Part shown: positions 30,427 through 40,359 of the stretch, in pieces
Numbering within the stretch: the stretch's first letter is position 1
Layout of the letters: each line of letters begins with the position of its first letter
Source of the DNA: Candidatus Uhrbacteria bacterium
Lineage (GTDB): Bacteria; Patescibacteriota; Patescibacteriia; UBA9934; GWF2-40-263
Reading direction: 5' to 3'
Length of the DNA: 64,000 nt
Assembly (NCBI GenBank): GCA_016219925.1
Contig: JACRJU010000003.1
Span: 22,505-86,504, forward strand
Made by a program: the position numbers and the translations under genes
The notes under the pieces: model-generated
What the model saw: the letters and a program-made list of their open reading frames with translations, nothing else
What the model was told of the DNA's origin: nothing
Databases searched by the model: none

Positions 30427-33369
30427 ATGAAGCACATTTTCACGCGCATATTTTTGGCGGTACCACGATTGAAGGAGCGTCTGCGCAGTGTGTTAAGCCG
30501 TCCTAAAAACAAAACGGTTGTTTTGACATGTGCCATTCTTGCGGGGACGCTTCTCATTTTGCATCCCGCTTACGCTCTCGGTTTGCCCACAGGAGATGAC
30601 ATCGCCGGAGTCATCGCCTCTATTGCAAACCTGTTTGCCTCTTTGCTCGCTGGCCTCATCACACAGGTGATCGCTTATCTGATTCCGGTGATGCTTTACA
30701 ACAATTTTTCCAACTCGCCTGTCGTGACACAAGGCTGGGCGCTTGTGCGCGACACGGTGAACATGTTTTTTGTGATTGTTTTGATCGTGATCGCGCTTGG
30801 AACGATCTTTGGTCACAAGAAATTTCAATGGCAAACACAAGTTCCGCGCCTTCTCCTCTTTGCGATCGTCATCAATTTTTCTAAAACGCTCGCCGGTATC
30901 ATGATTGACTTCGGACAAGTGGTGATGCTCACGTTTGCCAACGCCCTGCGCGAAATTGCAGCTGGTAACATCATAGAGATGTTCGGTCTTAACAAAGTTT
31001 CCGCATTCACCCCGACAGCCGCGGCCTTCAATCCCACATCGAGCAAGCCTGGCACCAGCGCATGGGATTTGGCATTTGCAAGCCTTGCTGCGGTTTTCAT
31101 CCTGTCTTGGGTGTTGGTCATCATGTTGCTATTGTTTGCCATTTTGTTGTATCGCATTGTCGCGTTGTGGGTTCTCATCGTCCTTGCGCCACTTGCGTGG
31201 TTTGCCGGCGGCGCGGAAATTCTTGGAAGCAGTGCCTATGCTGACTGGTGGAAAAATTTTAAGTGTTTGGTAGCGATCGGCCCCATCGTGACATTTTTTC
31301 TTTGGCTCGCTCTTGCTGTAGCTGGCGCGGCAACGGAAGGATTTGAATCCAGCACCGCTGGCAATCCTGCCAGTTTCTTAACGCAAATTTTTGAATTTCA
31401 GCATTTCATGGGTTTGGTTGTGGGTTCGGCGATGCTTATGGCCGGAATGCAGACCGCTCAACAATTTTGTTCGGTACTGTCTGGAAGTGTTTTGGGCAAA
31501 GCCTTGGGCAAAGCCGCCGCTTTTGGTCCTGGGGCTTTGAGTTTTGGAAAAGGAGCCGCATTAAAAACGACAGGCTGGGGAGCGCGCAAAGTTGGTGGGG
31601 CCGTGAGGGCGGGAGGGCGTGCTGTGGCTTCCTACGGTGGCGCATGGGCGGAAAACAAGAAAGGGCTACGTTTGTTGACTACGCGCGGTCGTGCAGAAAA
31701 ATGGCGCGAGGTTGGGCAATCTTCGGGAAAAGGCGTTTGGGGCAAGACGGTCGGAGTTTTTGCACAACGCCGGGCTGAAGCGGGATACGCGCCGCGCCAT
31801 GAAGAAATTGCAAAAGCAGGGGAGAAGTACAAGAAAGACAGCACGGGCACCAAGATCGCACAGCTTCAACGCTTCGAGCAGACAGGAGCCAAAACTCTTG
31901 GCGGCAAGCGCGAGGCCCAGTCGCTCTTTAAGGATATGCTTGGCGATAAGGACATGCTCAAGAAATATGAAGAGTCTGGTGGCGATGTGAAGGCGTTGTG
32001 GGGCAAGTTTGGAAAGTCCATGGAGCAGGATTTCAAAGGAGATGCGGGGACGCTCGATAAGCTCGCGGGCTTTAAGAAAAAGTATGCCCATGTCACTGGC
32101 TCTTCGAATGATTTGAAAACGTTTGATGATTTCAATGATCTATCCAATCAGGCCGTGCTTGATAAGGACGTTCGTGCTCGCATGGCAAACGCGAAGGTAG
32201 AAATCAAACGCAAAGGCAAACCGGCCGAGGTGATGACAGCCGCAGACGCCGCAGAAAAGGGTTATTTTGGCGCAGACAAACAGGCGTTGTTTAAGGGCGG
32301 ACATGGCGCGCTCGATGATGAACAATTGCGTCGGGCGGACATCGGATCGGTTGTCCAGAATGCCCCCTTAGCCACGACCAATCGCGCGGCCAATTTGGCG
32401 TTCCAAGACAAAAATGTTGGTCGCGTTGGTGAGATTGCTTCATCGCTTCTTGAACAATACAAAAAACCAGACACCACGGATGCGAAGCGGTTTGAAATCG
32501 CGGGGGCGCTTGATAGCCTTAAAGCACAATTGGCCCAGCAACTTTCTTCGGGACAACTCAAAGGGGCTTATGCGAAACAGCTTAAGAGTTTAGACAAAAC
32601 GCTTGATGCGGATCGGGCCGGCGCGGAATCGGCGGCGGGACGCGTTGGATCGGATGGGAAGCCGGTTGGTTCGAATTTTGGCGCCATACCCAAGATCGCT
32701 CAACAAGCAGATCCTTCCGCCTTTATTAAGGCAAACTTTGCAAACGCTTCAGACGCGCGTGTGACGGATGCGAAGGCTCAACTTGGCGGAGAGCTCAATC
32801 AAAAAACAGATGAAGTCTATAAACATTTTCAGGGCATGGTTGGGGCCATTGAGGCGAAGAAAGGTTCGTTAAGCGCAGAAGCGCAAGGGATTCGCAAAGA
32901 GGTGGATGGACTTTGGGATCAATTTAAACAAGTGCGTAAAGCTTCTGAAGATCGCGCCAAAGCCGAAGCAGGCGGTTTGCGCGTGCAGGCACAATCAAAA
33001 CAGAAGGATATTGATCGCAAAGAGGATGATTTCTCGCGTGCCGCATCGCGTGGGGCTGACATTGGAGAATTGTCGAGCATTCGTCAGAGTCTTGATGCCT
33101 TGCGTGCGGATAAAGCCAATCTAGAACATCAGGCGAGTACGGTTGAAAGTTCGGTGGATAAAGATCCACAAGTTATCTCAATCAAGCAGGAGATTGAAAT
33201 CAAAGAACGACAGTTCTCTGAAACGCTTGCTCAAAAGGATGGCATCAGGGCTGATGATGACGAAGCCGCAAAAGCTTTCAAGGATGCCATGGCGCAGTCA
33301 GAGGAAGAAAAACGAAAACTCGAAGAAGCTCTTGCCGCTCTTGAAGCTCTGAAACCGCCTCATGCCTGA
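30427..33369 (+). CDS. TrbL/VirB6-like polytopic membrane protein with long coiled-coil tail
   Basis: GW.LVRD.VNMFF, INFSK, YRIVALW.L..LAPLAW, WWK.F; TATAAT at 30411; start set to ATG 30427. Confidence 0.75.
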   Translation: MKHIFTRIFLAVPRLKERLRSVLSRPKNKTVVLTCAILAGTLLILHPAYALGLPTGDDIAGVIASIANLFASLLAGLITQVIAYLIPVMLYNNFSNSPVVTQGWALVRDTVNMFFVIVLIVIALGTIFGHKKFQWQTQVPRLLLFAIVINFSKTLAGIMIDFGQVVMLTFANALREIAAGNIIEMFGLNKVSAFTPTAAAFNPTSSKPGTSAWDLAFASLAAVFILSWVLVIMLLLFAILLYRIVALWVLIVLAPLAWFAGGAEILGSSAYADWWKNFKCLVAIGPIVTFFLWLALAVAGAATEGFESSTAGNPASFLTQIFEFQHFMGLVVGSAMLMAGMQTAQQFCSVLSGSVLGKALGKAAAFGPGALSFGKGAALKTTGWGARKVGGAVRAGGRAVASYGGAWAENKKGLRLLTTRGRAEKWREVGQSSGKGVWGKTVGVFAQRRAEAGYAPRHEEIAKAGEKYKKDSTGTKIAQLQRFEQTGAKTLGGKREAQSLFKDMLGDKDMLKKYEESGGDVKALWGKFGKSMEQDFKGDAGTLDKLAGFKKKYAHVTGSSNDLKTFDDFNDLSNQAVLDKDVRARMANAKVEIKRKGKPAEVMTAADAAEKGYFGADKQALFKGGHGALDDEQLRRADIGSVVQNAPLATTNRAANLAFQDKNVGRVGEIASSLLEQYKKPDTTDAKRFEIAGALDSLKAQLAQQLSSGQLKGAYAKQLKSLDKTLDADRAGAESAAGRVGSDGKPVGSNFGAIPKIAQQADPSAFIKANFANASDARVTDAKAQLGGELNQKTDEVYKHFQGMVGAIEAKKGSLSAEAQGIRKEVDGLWDQFKQVRKASEDRAKAEAGGLRVQAQSKQKDIDRKEDDFSRAASRGADIGELSSIRQSLDALRADKANLEHQASTVESSVDKDPQVISIKQEIEIKERQFSETLAQKDGIRADDDEAAKAFKDAMAQSEEEKRKLEEALAALEALKPPHA

Positions 33370-34999
33370 CGTCCCAACTCAACGGCAACTGTCAAAGGAA
33401 GTCCGAGATTATTTTCTCTCGGATGACGTTTTTGCGCAGTATGAAAGAATTGCTGGCGATTATGGATTAAATCAGGAGGAAGCTGTTTCGAGTCTTTCCG
33501 CGCTTGTGTATCAGTTTGTGGCTGGAGTTTTTCCGCTCGACACCCTGCTTAGGAAGATCCAAATGGAGTTTTTGCTCACCACGCCGCGCGCGCAGGAATT
33601 GTTGTCGGCGGTTTTTTTGTACGTCGTCTCTGCCGTCGCGGATCAAGTCAGCGGGCTTTCGCAGGCCCTTGTAGATTGGAAATCCTCTGCGCCACAGGAG
33701 GAAAAAATGACGCCACGCGCTTTCATTCGTCTTTATCTGTCTTCCATTCCAGATCGACTGGATCCGGTTGAGGAACATCGTTTGGAAAATATCTTGTCTC
33801 TTTATCTCCAAGGGGTTCGTTCACGCGAAGAGACGGTCGCTTTTCTTCAAAGACCTCATAAACTCGGCGGCATGGAGATGGAGCAAGATGATGCTATTGA
33901 AATGTTGGCGGAGTTTGAGTTGCGAAAACAGGCCGTCGTTTTTTCGGATGAGATCGAACCCCCTACACCCTCTACCGTCTCCACACCCCCTGCTGTCTCT
34001 ATACCTTCTGCTCCTGCGCTCGATGTTTTTTCCTCAGACGATGCCGAAGAAGTCGCTCATCATGCTCAAAAAGACGCATCCCCATCTTCAAACACCATCT
34101 CGTTGAGCGCCGACGAGCTTTTAGCACGTATCTGTCAAAATGATGCATTTGTTTTTTCTGATCCGCAAAAGCAAAAACGCTGTCAGGAAATTGTGTCCGC
34201 ACGCGTGCGGGATGTGCGTGACGCGTTTCAAACGCGCGCTCTTCTTGAGCAATCAATAGATCAAGGGGGTCTTGGGATTCACGGTCTTCAGCTGGCTCAG
34301 ATGGTTGAGCAAATTGAGCAGGTGGTGGATGCCCAACAACGCGAGTCACAAAAAAATCTTGAGCAAGAGCGCACGGCGTCTTCAGAGCAAAAAAAACAAA
34401 AACAACAAATACAAGATCAGCTTCGCATCAAAGAAGAGCAAGTGCTCGCAAAGCGATATGTTCAGACGACGGGACAACTGCCGACAGAGCCCGTAGCTCC
34501 AGCCGCGCCTCCCTTGGCTCGTGCATCCGCTGCGTTTTCGCCCCAAGCGCAAATCGAAAAACAAGAAGCTCGTGTGGACGCGCAGAAAGTACGCGCTATT
34601 GTGCAGAAGGCCGCTTCAGCTCAACCTCTGCCAACACCTCCCCCCGCGCCGCGCGGTCGCGTTCAGGATATTCAGATGAGTCATCGACTTTCTGGACCTT
34701 TGGAAGAACTTGGAAGCATGGATCTCACCGCTTTTCGCCGTTTATCGCATGAGCCCGCGCAAGCCGCTTCGCGGTTAATGGATTTGGTGGGGTTGCTTGA
34801 AAATCAAAGTTACGAAAAGCGTGTTGAAGGGATTAAAATGTTAAAGCGGTCGCCTTTAATGCACGTGTATGCCTCCGTGACGCAGAAGGCTCTTCTGGGT
34901 GGAAAATCTGTTGATGAGGTATTGTCACAAGATCTCCAAGGGTTGAAGCTTGCCGAGTATCAAGCGCTTATGGAGGTAAACGCATCTTTGCGATTCTGA
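33362..34999 (+). CDS. Hypothetical protein of the T4SS-like cluster
   Basis: 545-aa ORF overlapping the upstream gene; LSGPLEEL..M....FRRLS C-terminal domain. Confidence 0.7.
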   Translation: MPDVPTQRQLSKEVRDYFLSDDVFAQYERIAGDYGLNQEEAVSSLSALVYQFVAGVFPLDTLLRKIQMEFLLTTPRAQELLSAVFLYVVSAVADQVSGLSQALVDWKSSAPQEEKMTPRAFIRLYLSSIPDRLDPVEEHRLENILSLYLQGVRSREETVAFLQRPHKLGGMEMEQDDAIEMLAEFELRKQAVVFSDEIEPPTPSTVSTPPAVSIPSAPALDVFSSDDAEEVAHHAQKDASPSSNTISLSADELLARICQNDAFVFSDPQKQKRCQEIVSARVRDVRDAFQTRALLEQSIDQGGLGIHGLQLAQMVEQIEQVVDAQQRESQKNLEQERTASSEQKKQKQQIQDQLRIKEEQVLAKRYVQTTGQLPTEPVAPAAPPLARASAAFSPQAQIEKQEARVDAQKVRAIVQKAASAQPLPTPPPAPRGRVQDIQMSHRLSGPLEELGSMDLTAFRRLSHEPAQAASRLMDLVGLLENQSYEKRVEGIKMLKRSPLMHVYASVTQKALLGGKSVDEVLSQDLQGLKLAEYQALMEVNASLRF

Positions 35000-35042
35000 T
35001 ACAATGGAGAGAAGAAAGTAGCAAAGGAGTAAAATAACAGAT

Positions 35043-35474
35043 ATGCCCGATCAGTTCGTTGTTCCACAGTTTATTGATGCCGAAGATAAAATTTTCGGGC
35101 CGATCACGGCTCGGCAGTTTATTATTCTCATGGTGACCGGGCTGATTGACTTTGCGCTTTTCAAACTATTTTCATTTGTGACGTTTCTGCTTATTGGCAT
35201 TCCGGTCATCATCATCGGCGGGACGTTTGCCTTCGGAAAAGTGAATGGACAGGTTTTTCATTACTTCATGTTGAATCTCATCCAAACCGCAAAGAAACCG
35301 AAACTCCGTGTCTGGGAGAAAGTTTACAATGATGCAATATTGCGGTCGTATATTAAAGAAGAGATTCCTCCTCCGCCACCCCCTCCGCCGCATAAAGCGC
35401 CGATCTCTACATCGCGCCTTAATGAGTTGACGTTGGTGGTGAATACGGGCGGAGTGTATCAACCGGAGGAATGA
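35043..35474 (+). CDS. PrgI family (VirB3-like) membrane protein
   Basis: QFVVPQFIDAEDKIFGPIT.RQF plus two TM segments. Confidence 0.88.
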   Translation: MPDQFVVPQFIDAEDKIFGPITARQFIILMVTGLIDFALFKLFSFVTFLLIGIPVIIIGGTFAFGKVNGQVFHYFMLNLIQTAKKPKLRVWEKVYNDAILRSYIKEEIPPPPPPPPHKAPISTSRLNELTLVVNTGGVYQPEE

Positions 35475-35479
35475 GATTT

Positions 35480-36169
35480 ATGCCCGAAATGCAATCCAAA
35501 AAACTGGCAAAATCAAAGCCGGGTCCTGCGACCACGACCTATCTTGATATTTCGGAGATTCGTGATGACATGGTCATTCTCAAAGACGGCACCGTGCGCG
35601 CAGTCCTTTTGGTTTCAAGCATCAACTTTGCGCTCAAGTCCGAAGAGGAACAAGAGGCGATCATTCAGGCCTACATGTCTTTTCTTAACAGTCTCGAATT
35701 CTCTTTGCAGGTGGTCATTCAATCGCGCCGCATGAACATCGATGCGTATATGGCCGCTTTGGGTGAACAGCAACGCAAAACGCAAAACGAACTTCTGCGT
35801 GCGCAGATTGCAGATTATCGAACATTCGTTGAGGAATTGGTTGAACTCGGTCAAATCATGCAAAAGCGATTTTATGTGGTGATGCCCTATGATCCGCTCA
35901 CCAACAAGAAGAAGAATTTTTGGACGCGGCTTGGAGAAGCGATGTCGCCCGCGGCCTCGGCCAAACTCAACCAAAAACAGTTAGCGGATCGTATTGAACA
36001 GCTTTCGCGACGCGTGGAAATCGTGCAAGGTCAGCTCAATAGCATGGGACTCAACAGCGCGCGCTTGGATACGCAAAGTCTGATCGAGCTCTATTACAAT
36101 GCCTATAATCCAGATGTTTTTGAAACAGAAAAGATGGCGGAACTTTCGGAGTTTCAGTTCGAATCATAA
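35480..36169 (+). CDS. VirB4/TraC N-terminal-like protein of the CPR T4SS cluster
   Basis: SSINFALKSEEEQEAII..Y..FLNSL.F.LQ.VIQSR; lies between PrgI and VirB4. Confidence 0.75.
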   Translation: MPEMQSKKLAKSKPGPATTTYLDISEIRDDMVILKDGTVRAVLLVSSINFALKSEEEQEAIIQAYMSFLNSLEFSLQVVIQSRRMNIDAYMAALGEQQRKTQNELLRAQIADYRTFVEELVELGQIMQKRFYVVMPYDPLTNKKKNFWTRLGEAMSPAASAKLNQKQLADRIEQLSRRVEIVQGQLNSMGLNSARLDTQSLIELYYNAYNPDVFETEKMAELSEFQFES

Positions 36170-36171
36170 GT

Positions 36172-38271
36172 ATGCCGATTGACATAGGAGCCCTCAAACA
36201 AAAAATGCCCACTCCGCCGCCGGTGAAGCCTAAACAGGTCAAACCGGAGGAGGCGCGCGTGCAGAAAGAACGCGAAGCGCTGGAGGAGGAACGCATTTAT
36301 CGCAAAGGTGTCGTGACCGTGAAAGATATTATTTCACCGGCCGCTTTTGAAGTTCTCCCACGCTCTTTGCGGCTCAACGGCATGTTTTTACGGACGCTCT
36401 TTATCATCAACTATCCGCGTCACATCGGATTGAGGTGGTCATCACCGCTCATTAATCTCAACAAGACGTTCGATGTCGCCATGTTTTTTTATCCGATCAA
36501 GGCCAACATCATCTTAAAACAGCTCCAAAAGAAGGTTGGTGTTTTGGAGGCTGGGATTTTTGCGGGCGCAGAAAAAGGCGCGCCGCGCGACCCGCTTTCC
36601 GAGACGGCCCTGCGCGATGTAGAAGCCTTGCGCGATGCGCTGACTCAAGGCATTGAGCATTTTTTCCAGTTCGCGTTTTATGTGACGATTTACGCGACGT
36701 CCGAGGAAGAGTTAGACCGTTACACCAGTGAAGTCGAAGCGATTTTTGGCAGTAAGCTTATCTACACGAAAGCCGGATTTTATCAGGCAGAGCAGGGGTT
36801 CAATTCCACCATTCCGCTTGGCAACGATGAGTTGATGATCAATTACAACATGAATACGTCGCCGATCGCGGCGTCATTTCCGTTCATTAGCTCCGATCTC
36901 ACTTCCGACAACGGTATTTTGTACGGTATCAACCGCCACAACAACTCGCTAATTTTATTTGATCGTTTCAGCTTGCAAAACGCGAACTCGGTCGTATTCG
37001 CGACCTCCGGCGCGGGAAAATCATACACGATCAAACTTGAGATTTTGCGTTCGCTCATGATGGGAGTGGACGTCATTGTGATTGACCCTGAGATGGAATA
37101 CAAACATCTTTCCGATGCGGTCGGCGGAACTTACATCAATGTCTCGCTCGCTTCAGATGCGAAAGTGAATCCCTTTGATCTTCCGCGCGCGGTCGGAGAG
37201 GGGACAAAAGTTGATGATATTATTCGAAGCGCCATTATCACCCTCAAAGGACTTTTGCGCATCATGATCGGGACGCCGATTGGTGAACAAGGGAAATTGG
37301 GATTCACGCCGGAGGAAGATTCTGTTCTTGATCGCGCGCTCATCGAGACTTACGCCAAAAAGGACATCACCCCTGACTTGATCTCGCTTGCCGACGTGGA
37401 GGCGCCGATCATGCAGGATTTTCAAGATGTGCTCGAAGGCATGGAGGGGGCCGAAGCGATCGTGGCTCGTTTGAAAAAATTTACCGAAGGGACGTTTTCG
37501 GGACTGTTAAATTCTCCGACGACAGTGCAGATGAATAACCAGCTCGTGGTGTTTTCTGTCCGCGATTTGGAAGACGAGCTCCGGCCGGTCGGCATCTATT
37601 CGATCGTGAATTACATTTGGAATGTGACGCGATCGGAGCGCAAGAAACGCGTGTTGGTGATTGATGAAGCGTGGTGGCTGATGACGAACGAAGATTCGGC
37701 GAAGTTTATTTTCGCGCTCGTGAAGCGCGCGCGAAAATACTACTTGGGGGTGACCACGATCACGCAAGATGTCAACGACTTTTTGCGTTCGCCATACGGT
37801 CAGGCGATCGTGACCAACTCCGCGATGCAGGTTCTCCTTAAACAGTCGCCGTCGGCTGTGGATAATGTTCAACAGACATTTAACCTGACGGACGGTGAAA
37901 AATATCTTTTACTGGAGTCGGGAGTAGGGGAGGGGATCTTTTTTGCCGGACAAAAACACGCCGCCATCAAAATCGTCGCTTCTTATACGGAAGATCAAAT
38001 CGTGACAACCAATCCGCAACAGTTGCTCGAAATTGAACGGGCGAAAAAAGAATTTGAAGAACAAGAGACGGCCGCGGAAGCTGGCGAGAAAACGTCGAAA
38101 CCTCCCGCGGGTGGACAGGTCGGTGGGGAACAGGCCGATCGTGCGGATGAAGCGTTCGATATCGAAAAAGAAGCCAAAGAGGCGCAAAATACCGCCGCGG
38201 CCAAGCTGTTGAATCAAGAACAAGTCGGCGAAGCGGAAGCTCAAAAAATTCGTGATTCTCTTCAAGTATGA
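36172..38271 (+). CDS. virB4: VirB4-like type IV secretion ATPase
   Basis: Walker A ATSGAGKS, IDPEMEY, Walker B VIDEAW, RARKY, ITQDV. Confidence 0.92.
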   Translation: MPIDIGALKQKMPTPPPVKPKQVKPEEARVQKEREALEEERIYRKGVVTVKDIISPAAFEVLPRSLRLNGMFLRTLFIINYPRHIGLRWSSPLINLNKTFDVAMFFYPIKANIILKQLQKKVGVLEAGIFAGAEKGAPRDPLSETALRDVEALRDALTQGIEHFFQFAFYVTIYATSEEELDRYTSEVEAIFGSKLIYTKAGFYQAEQGFNSTIPLGNDELMINYNMNTSPIAASFPFISSDLTSDNGILYGINRHNNSLILFDRFSLQNANSVVFATSGAGKSYTIKLEILRSLMMGVDVIVIDPEMEYKHLSDAVGGTYINVSLASDAKVNPFDLPRAVGEGTKVDDIIRSAIITLKGLLRIMIGTPIGEQGKLGFTPEEDSVLDRALIETYAKKDITPDLISLADVEAPIMQDFQDVLEGMEGAEAIVARLKKFTEGTFSGLLNSPTTVQMNNQLVVFSVRDLEDELRPVGIYSIVNYIWNVTRSERKKRVLVIDEAWWLMTNEDSAKFIFALVKRARKYYLGVTTITQDVNDFLRSPYGQAIVTNSAMQVLLKQSPSAVDNVQQTFNLTDGEKYLLLESGVGEGIFFAGQKHAAIKIVASYTEDQIVTTNPQQLLEIERAKKEFEEQETAAEAGEKTSKPPAGGQVGGEQADRADEAFDIEKEAKEAQNTAAAKLLNQEQVGEAEAQKIRDSLQV

Positions 38272-38852
38272 TGGTGACTCGCAAAACACGCCTTATCGTT
38301 CTTGGTTTAATCGCGTTGGTTCTCTTGTTGTTAATCGTTTGGCTCTTCTTGTTTTTAAGAAGGCCGTCTGCCACACCAGCGTCTTCCGAGCCGGTTCTAA
38401 CGGAAGATCAAAAACACATTCCGGAGATTTCTCAACCGACGCTAAAAGATGAGGAACTGAAGAAGGAACAGCAAACGCGAGAAGTTTCCGTGGGAGCCAC
38501 GACGCTTGCTAAATTGTTTGCCGAGCGTTACGGCAGTTATTCCAATGAGGCCCACTTTCAGAATTTGTTTGATGTCATGCCTCTGATGACGGAAAGTTTT
38601 GCCCAAAAGACGAAGGCTTTTGTTGCTTCAACCACTTTACCTGATACGTATTACGGGGTATCGACGCGCGTGTTGACCGTGAAGGTTGAAGCGCTTGATG
38701 ATGCGGCAGGAACCGCAACGATTAGCATGCAAACGCAACGCGAAGTGGCACAAGGGTCTACGCAAAATGTAAACGTTATGTATCAAGAGATTCGTTTGTC
38801 GCTTGTGAAGCAGGCTGGCGTATGGAAGGTGGATTCAGCGGATTGGCAGTAA
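38268..38852 (+). CDS. Single-TM protein, possibly VirB8/TcpC-like
   Basis: N-terminal TM; FAERYGSYS; C-terminal LVK..G.WKVD typical of NTF2-like folds. Confidence 0.6.
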   Translation: MMVTRKTRLIVLGLIALVLLLLIVWLFLFLRRPSATPASSEPVLTEDQKHIPEISQPTLKDEELKKEQQTREVSVGATTLAKLFAERYGSYSNEAHFQNLFDVMPLMTESFAQKTKAFVASTTLPDTYYGVSTRVLTVKVEALDDAAGTATISMQTQREVAQGSTQNVNVMYQEIRLSLVKQAGVWKVDSADWQ

Positions 38853-38854
38853 CA

Positions 38855-38948
38855 AGACCTCTGCAAAACTCGCGATCTTTGCTCTCACGGGCACCCGTTG
38901 ACCCCACTTTCCCTTTTGAGCAAATTTCATCGAGTTGTGCAGAGGTCT
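38855..38948. mobile_element. MITE-like element, copy 2
   Basis: AGACCTCTGCAAAACTCG ... CGAGTTGTGCAGAGGTCT. Confidence 0.7.
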
Positions 38949-38969
38949 TTCACGAAAGCATGGCCATGG

Positions 38970-39647
38970 ATGGTTGAAGCGCTATTCCCACGCTTTTGTT
39001 TGGGGTGCCATCGGGAAGGAACCGTGTGGTGCGAGACTTGTTCACAGACGTGGTGGCCGTTGGGGACGCCTTCGGGGTGTCCTTTTTGTAATCGATCTGG
39101 AACGGGCACAACGTGCGTTGATTGTCGGCCGTCGGTTTTTTTGGATGGGTTGAGTGTTTTTGCTTCGTATGGGAATCCGGTTGTTCGCGAAGCAATCGGA
39201 CAATGGAAGTATGTCGGTGATTCTGCGGTGCGTCCGGTGATACGCGAGTGGTTGTTGCGCGCCGCGCCGCGCATGTGTCCGCCCCGTGTGAGCGAAGCAG
39301 TCTGTGCTCCCGTGCCCCTGCATATTTCAAAACGTCGCGCTCGCGGATTTGATCAAGCGGGAGAACTTACGGATTGGTGCGCGGAGATTTTTTCCGTGCC
39401 GGCGTATGATCTGTTGGTGCGTCGGTCATCGAATGTTTCGCAAGCGCATCGTACGCAGGGTCAGCGCGCGGTAGGCGAATTGGATCATCTGTTTAAGATC
39501 CGTGCGGCGATTGATGTTCTGCCGCAAAGGGTGATTTTGTGTGATGATGTTTTTACTTCTGGAGCGACGATGGACAGCGCCGCGCGTTGTTTGAAGGAAG
39601 CAGGTGTCTCTGAAGTTTGGGGATTCGTCCTGGCCAAAGGAGGATAG
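38970..39647 (+). CDS. comF: ComF family competence protein (Zn ribbon + PRTase)
   Basis: LFP..C..C, CxxC pairs, PVPLH..R..RGFDQ, LCDDVFTSGAT; start uncertain. Confidence 0.9.
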   Translation: MVEALFPRFCLGCHREGTVWCETCSQTWWPLGTPSGCPFCNRSGTGTTCVDCRPSVFLDGLSVFASYGNPVVREAIGQWKYVGDSAVRPVIREWLLRAAPRMCPPRVSEAVCAPVPLHISKRRARGFDQAGELTDWCAEIFSVPAYDLLVRRSSNVSQAHRTQGQRAVGELDHLFKIRAAIDVLPQRVILCDDVFTSGATMDSAARCLKEAGVSEVWGFVLAKGG

Positions 39648-39656
39648 TAAATTCAA

Positions 39657-39881
39657 TTACGCCGCTTTGAGATGCGCGGCTTCTTCAGCGGCAGATTGCA
39701 GCTGATCCATTAGTCTCTTATAGGTTTTTGCAGTTTGTTCGTCTACTTTTCCGGCTTGCAAAGCCAAGATGAATGCCATTGTTCCAGGATATCCGTGTTG
39801 ATCTGCAAAATCATGCACGGCGCGCAACAGTTGGTCTAACGTGCTCATTTTAATTTCGGGCCGATGGGTGGGAGTCTCCAT
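39657..39881 (-). CDS. Small hypothetical protein (74 aa)
   Basis: TATG start at 39881 (METPTHRPE...). Confidence 0.5.
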   Translation of the reverse strand: METPTHRPEIKMSTLDQLLRAVHDFADQHGYPGTMAFILALQAGKVDEQTAKTYKRLMDQLQSAAEEAAHLKAA

Positions 39882-40081
39882 AGATATTAAACTTACAAAT
39901 TGACGGTGTTTGTTTAAAAATATCCGAACGGAACTGGCTGGGCTCGGCGGGCGGAATTCCCCCCACACCCCCCCTCCGCCCGCCTCGCCTTGCTTGCCCG
40001 ACCGAAACTCGTGAGTGAAGGCGGGAACCGGAGCGGAAAGGACGATTTCAAGTTTTTCTTTGGCGGCAAATTCTAGGATAT

Positions 40082-40351
40082 TTACTTTCCTAGGGAAATT
40101 TTATTGGCTTTTACTAAAGCGTGAACTAAGGCAAAAACATAAACAATCGCAAAACCGATCCAAAAAATAGACGATCGGATGGATTCAAAATTCATTGCTT
40201 GGGAATTTTCGGCAAACAGCGCAAACCACAAAAATCCGGCGCCCAAAATGAATACGATCCCATCGGAATAATCACGCAAATATAAATGCCCCAGGCCGGG
40301 AAATAATAATGAGAGTAAACAAACAATATACTTATTTTTTGTATTTTCCAT
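40082..40351 (-). CDS. Small membrane protein
   Basis: LLSLLFPGLGHLY motif plus TM segments; AT-rich. Confidence 0.7.
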   Translation of the reverse strand: MENTKNKYIVCLLSLLFPGLGHLYLRDYSDGIVFILGAGFLWFALFAENSQAMNFESIRSSIFWIGFAIVYVFALVHALVKANKISLGK

Positions 40352-40359
40352 ATTTTTTG

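Noticed and set aside
28641-30557. 638-aa minus-strand ORF
   Set aside because: Antisense shadow of the GC-rich M23 gene.
30427-38852. Integrative conjugative element
   Set aside because: No relaxase, integrase, att sites or compositional shift; resembles the resident CPR T4SS-like module.
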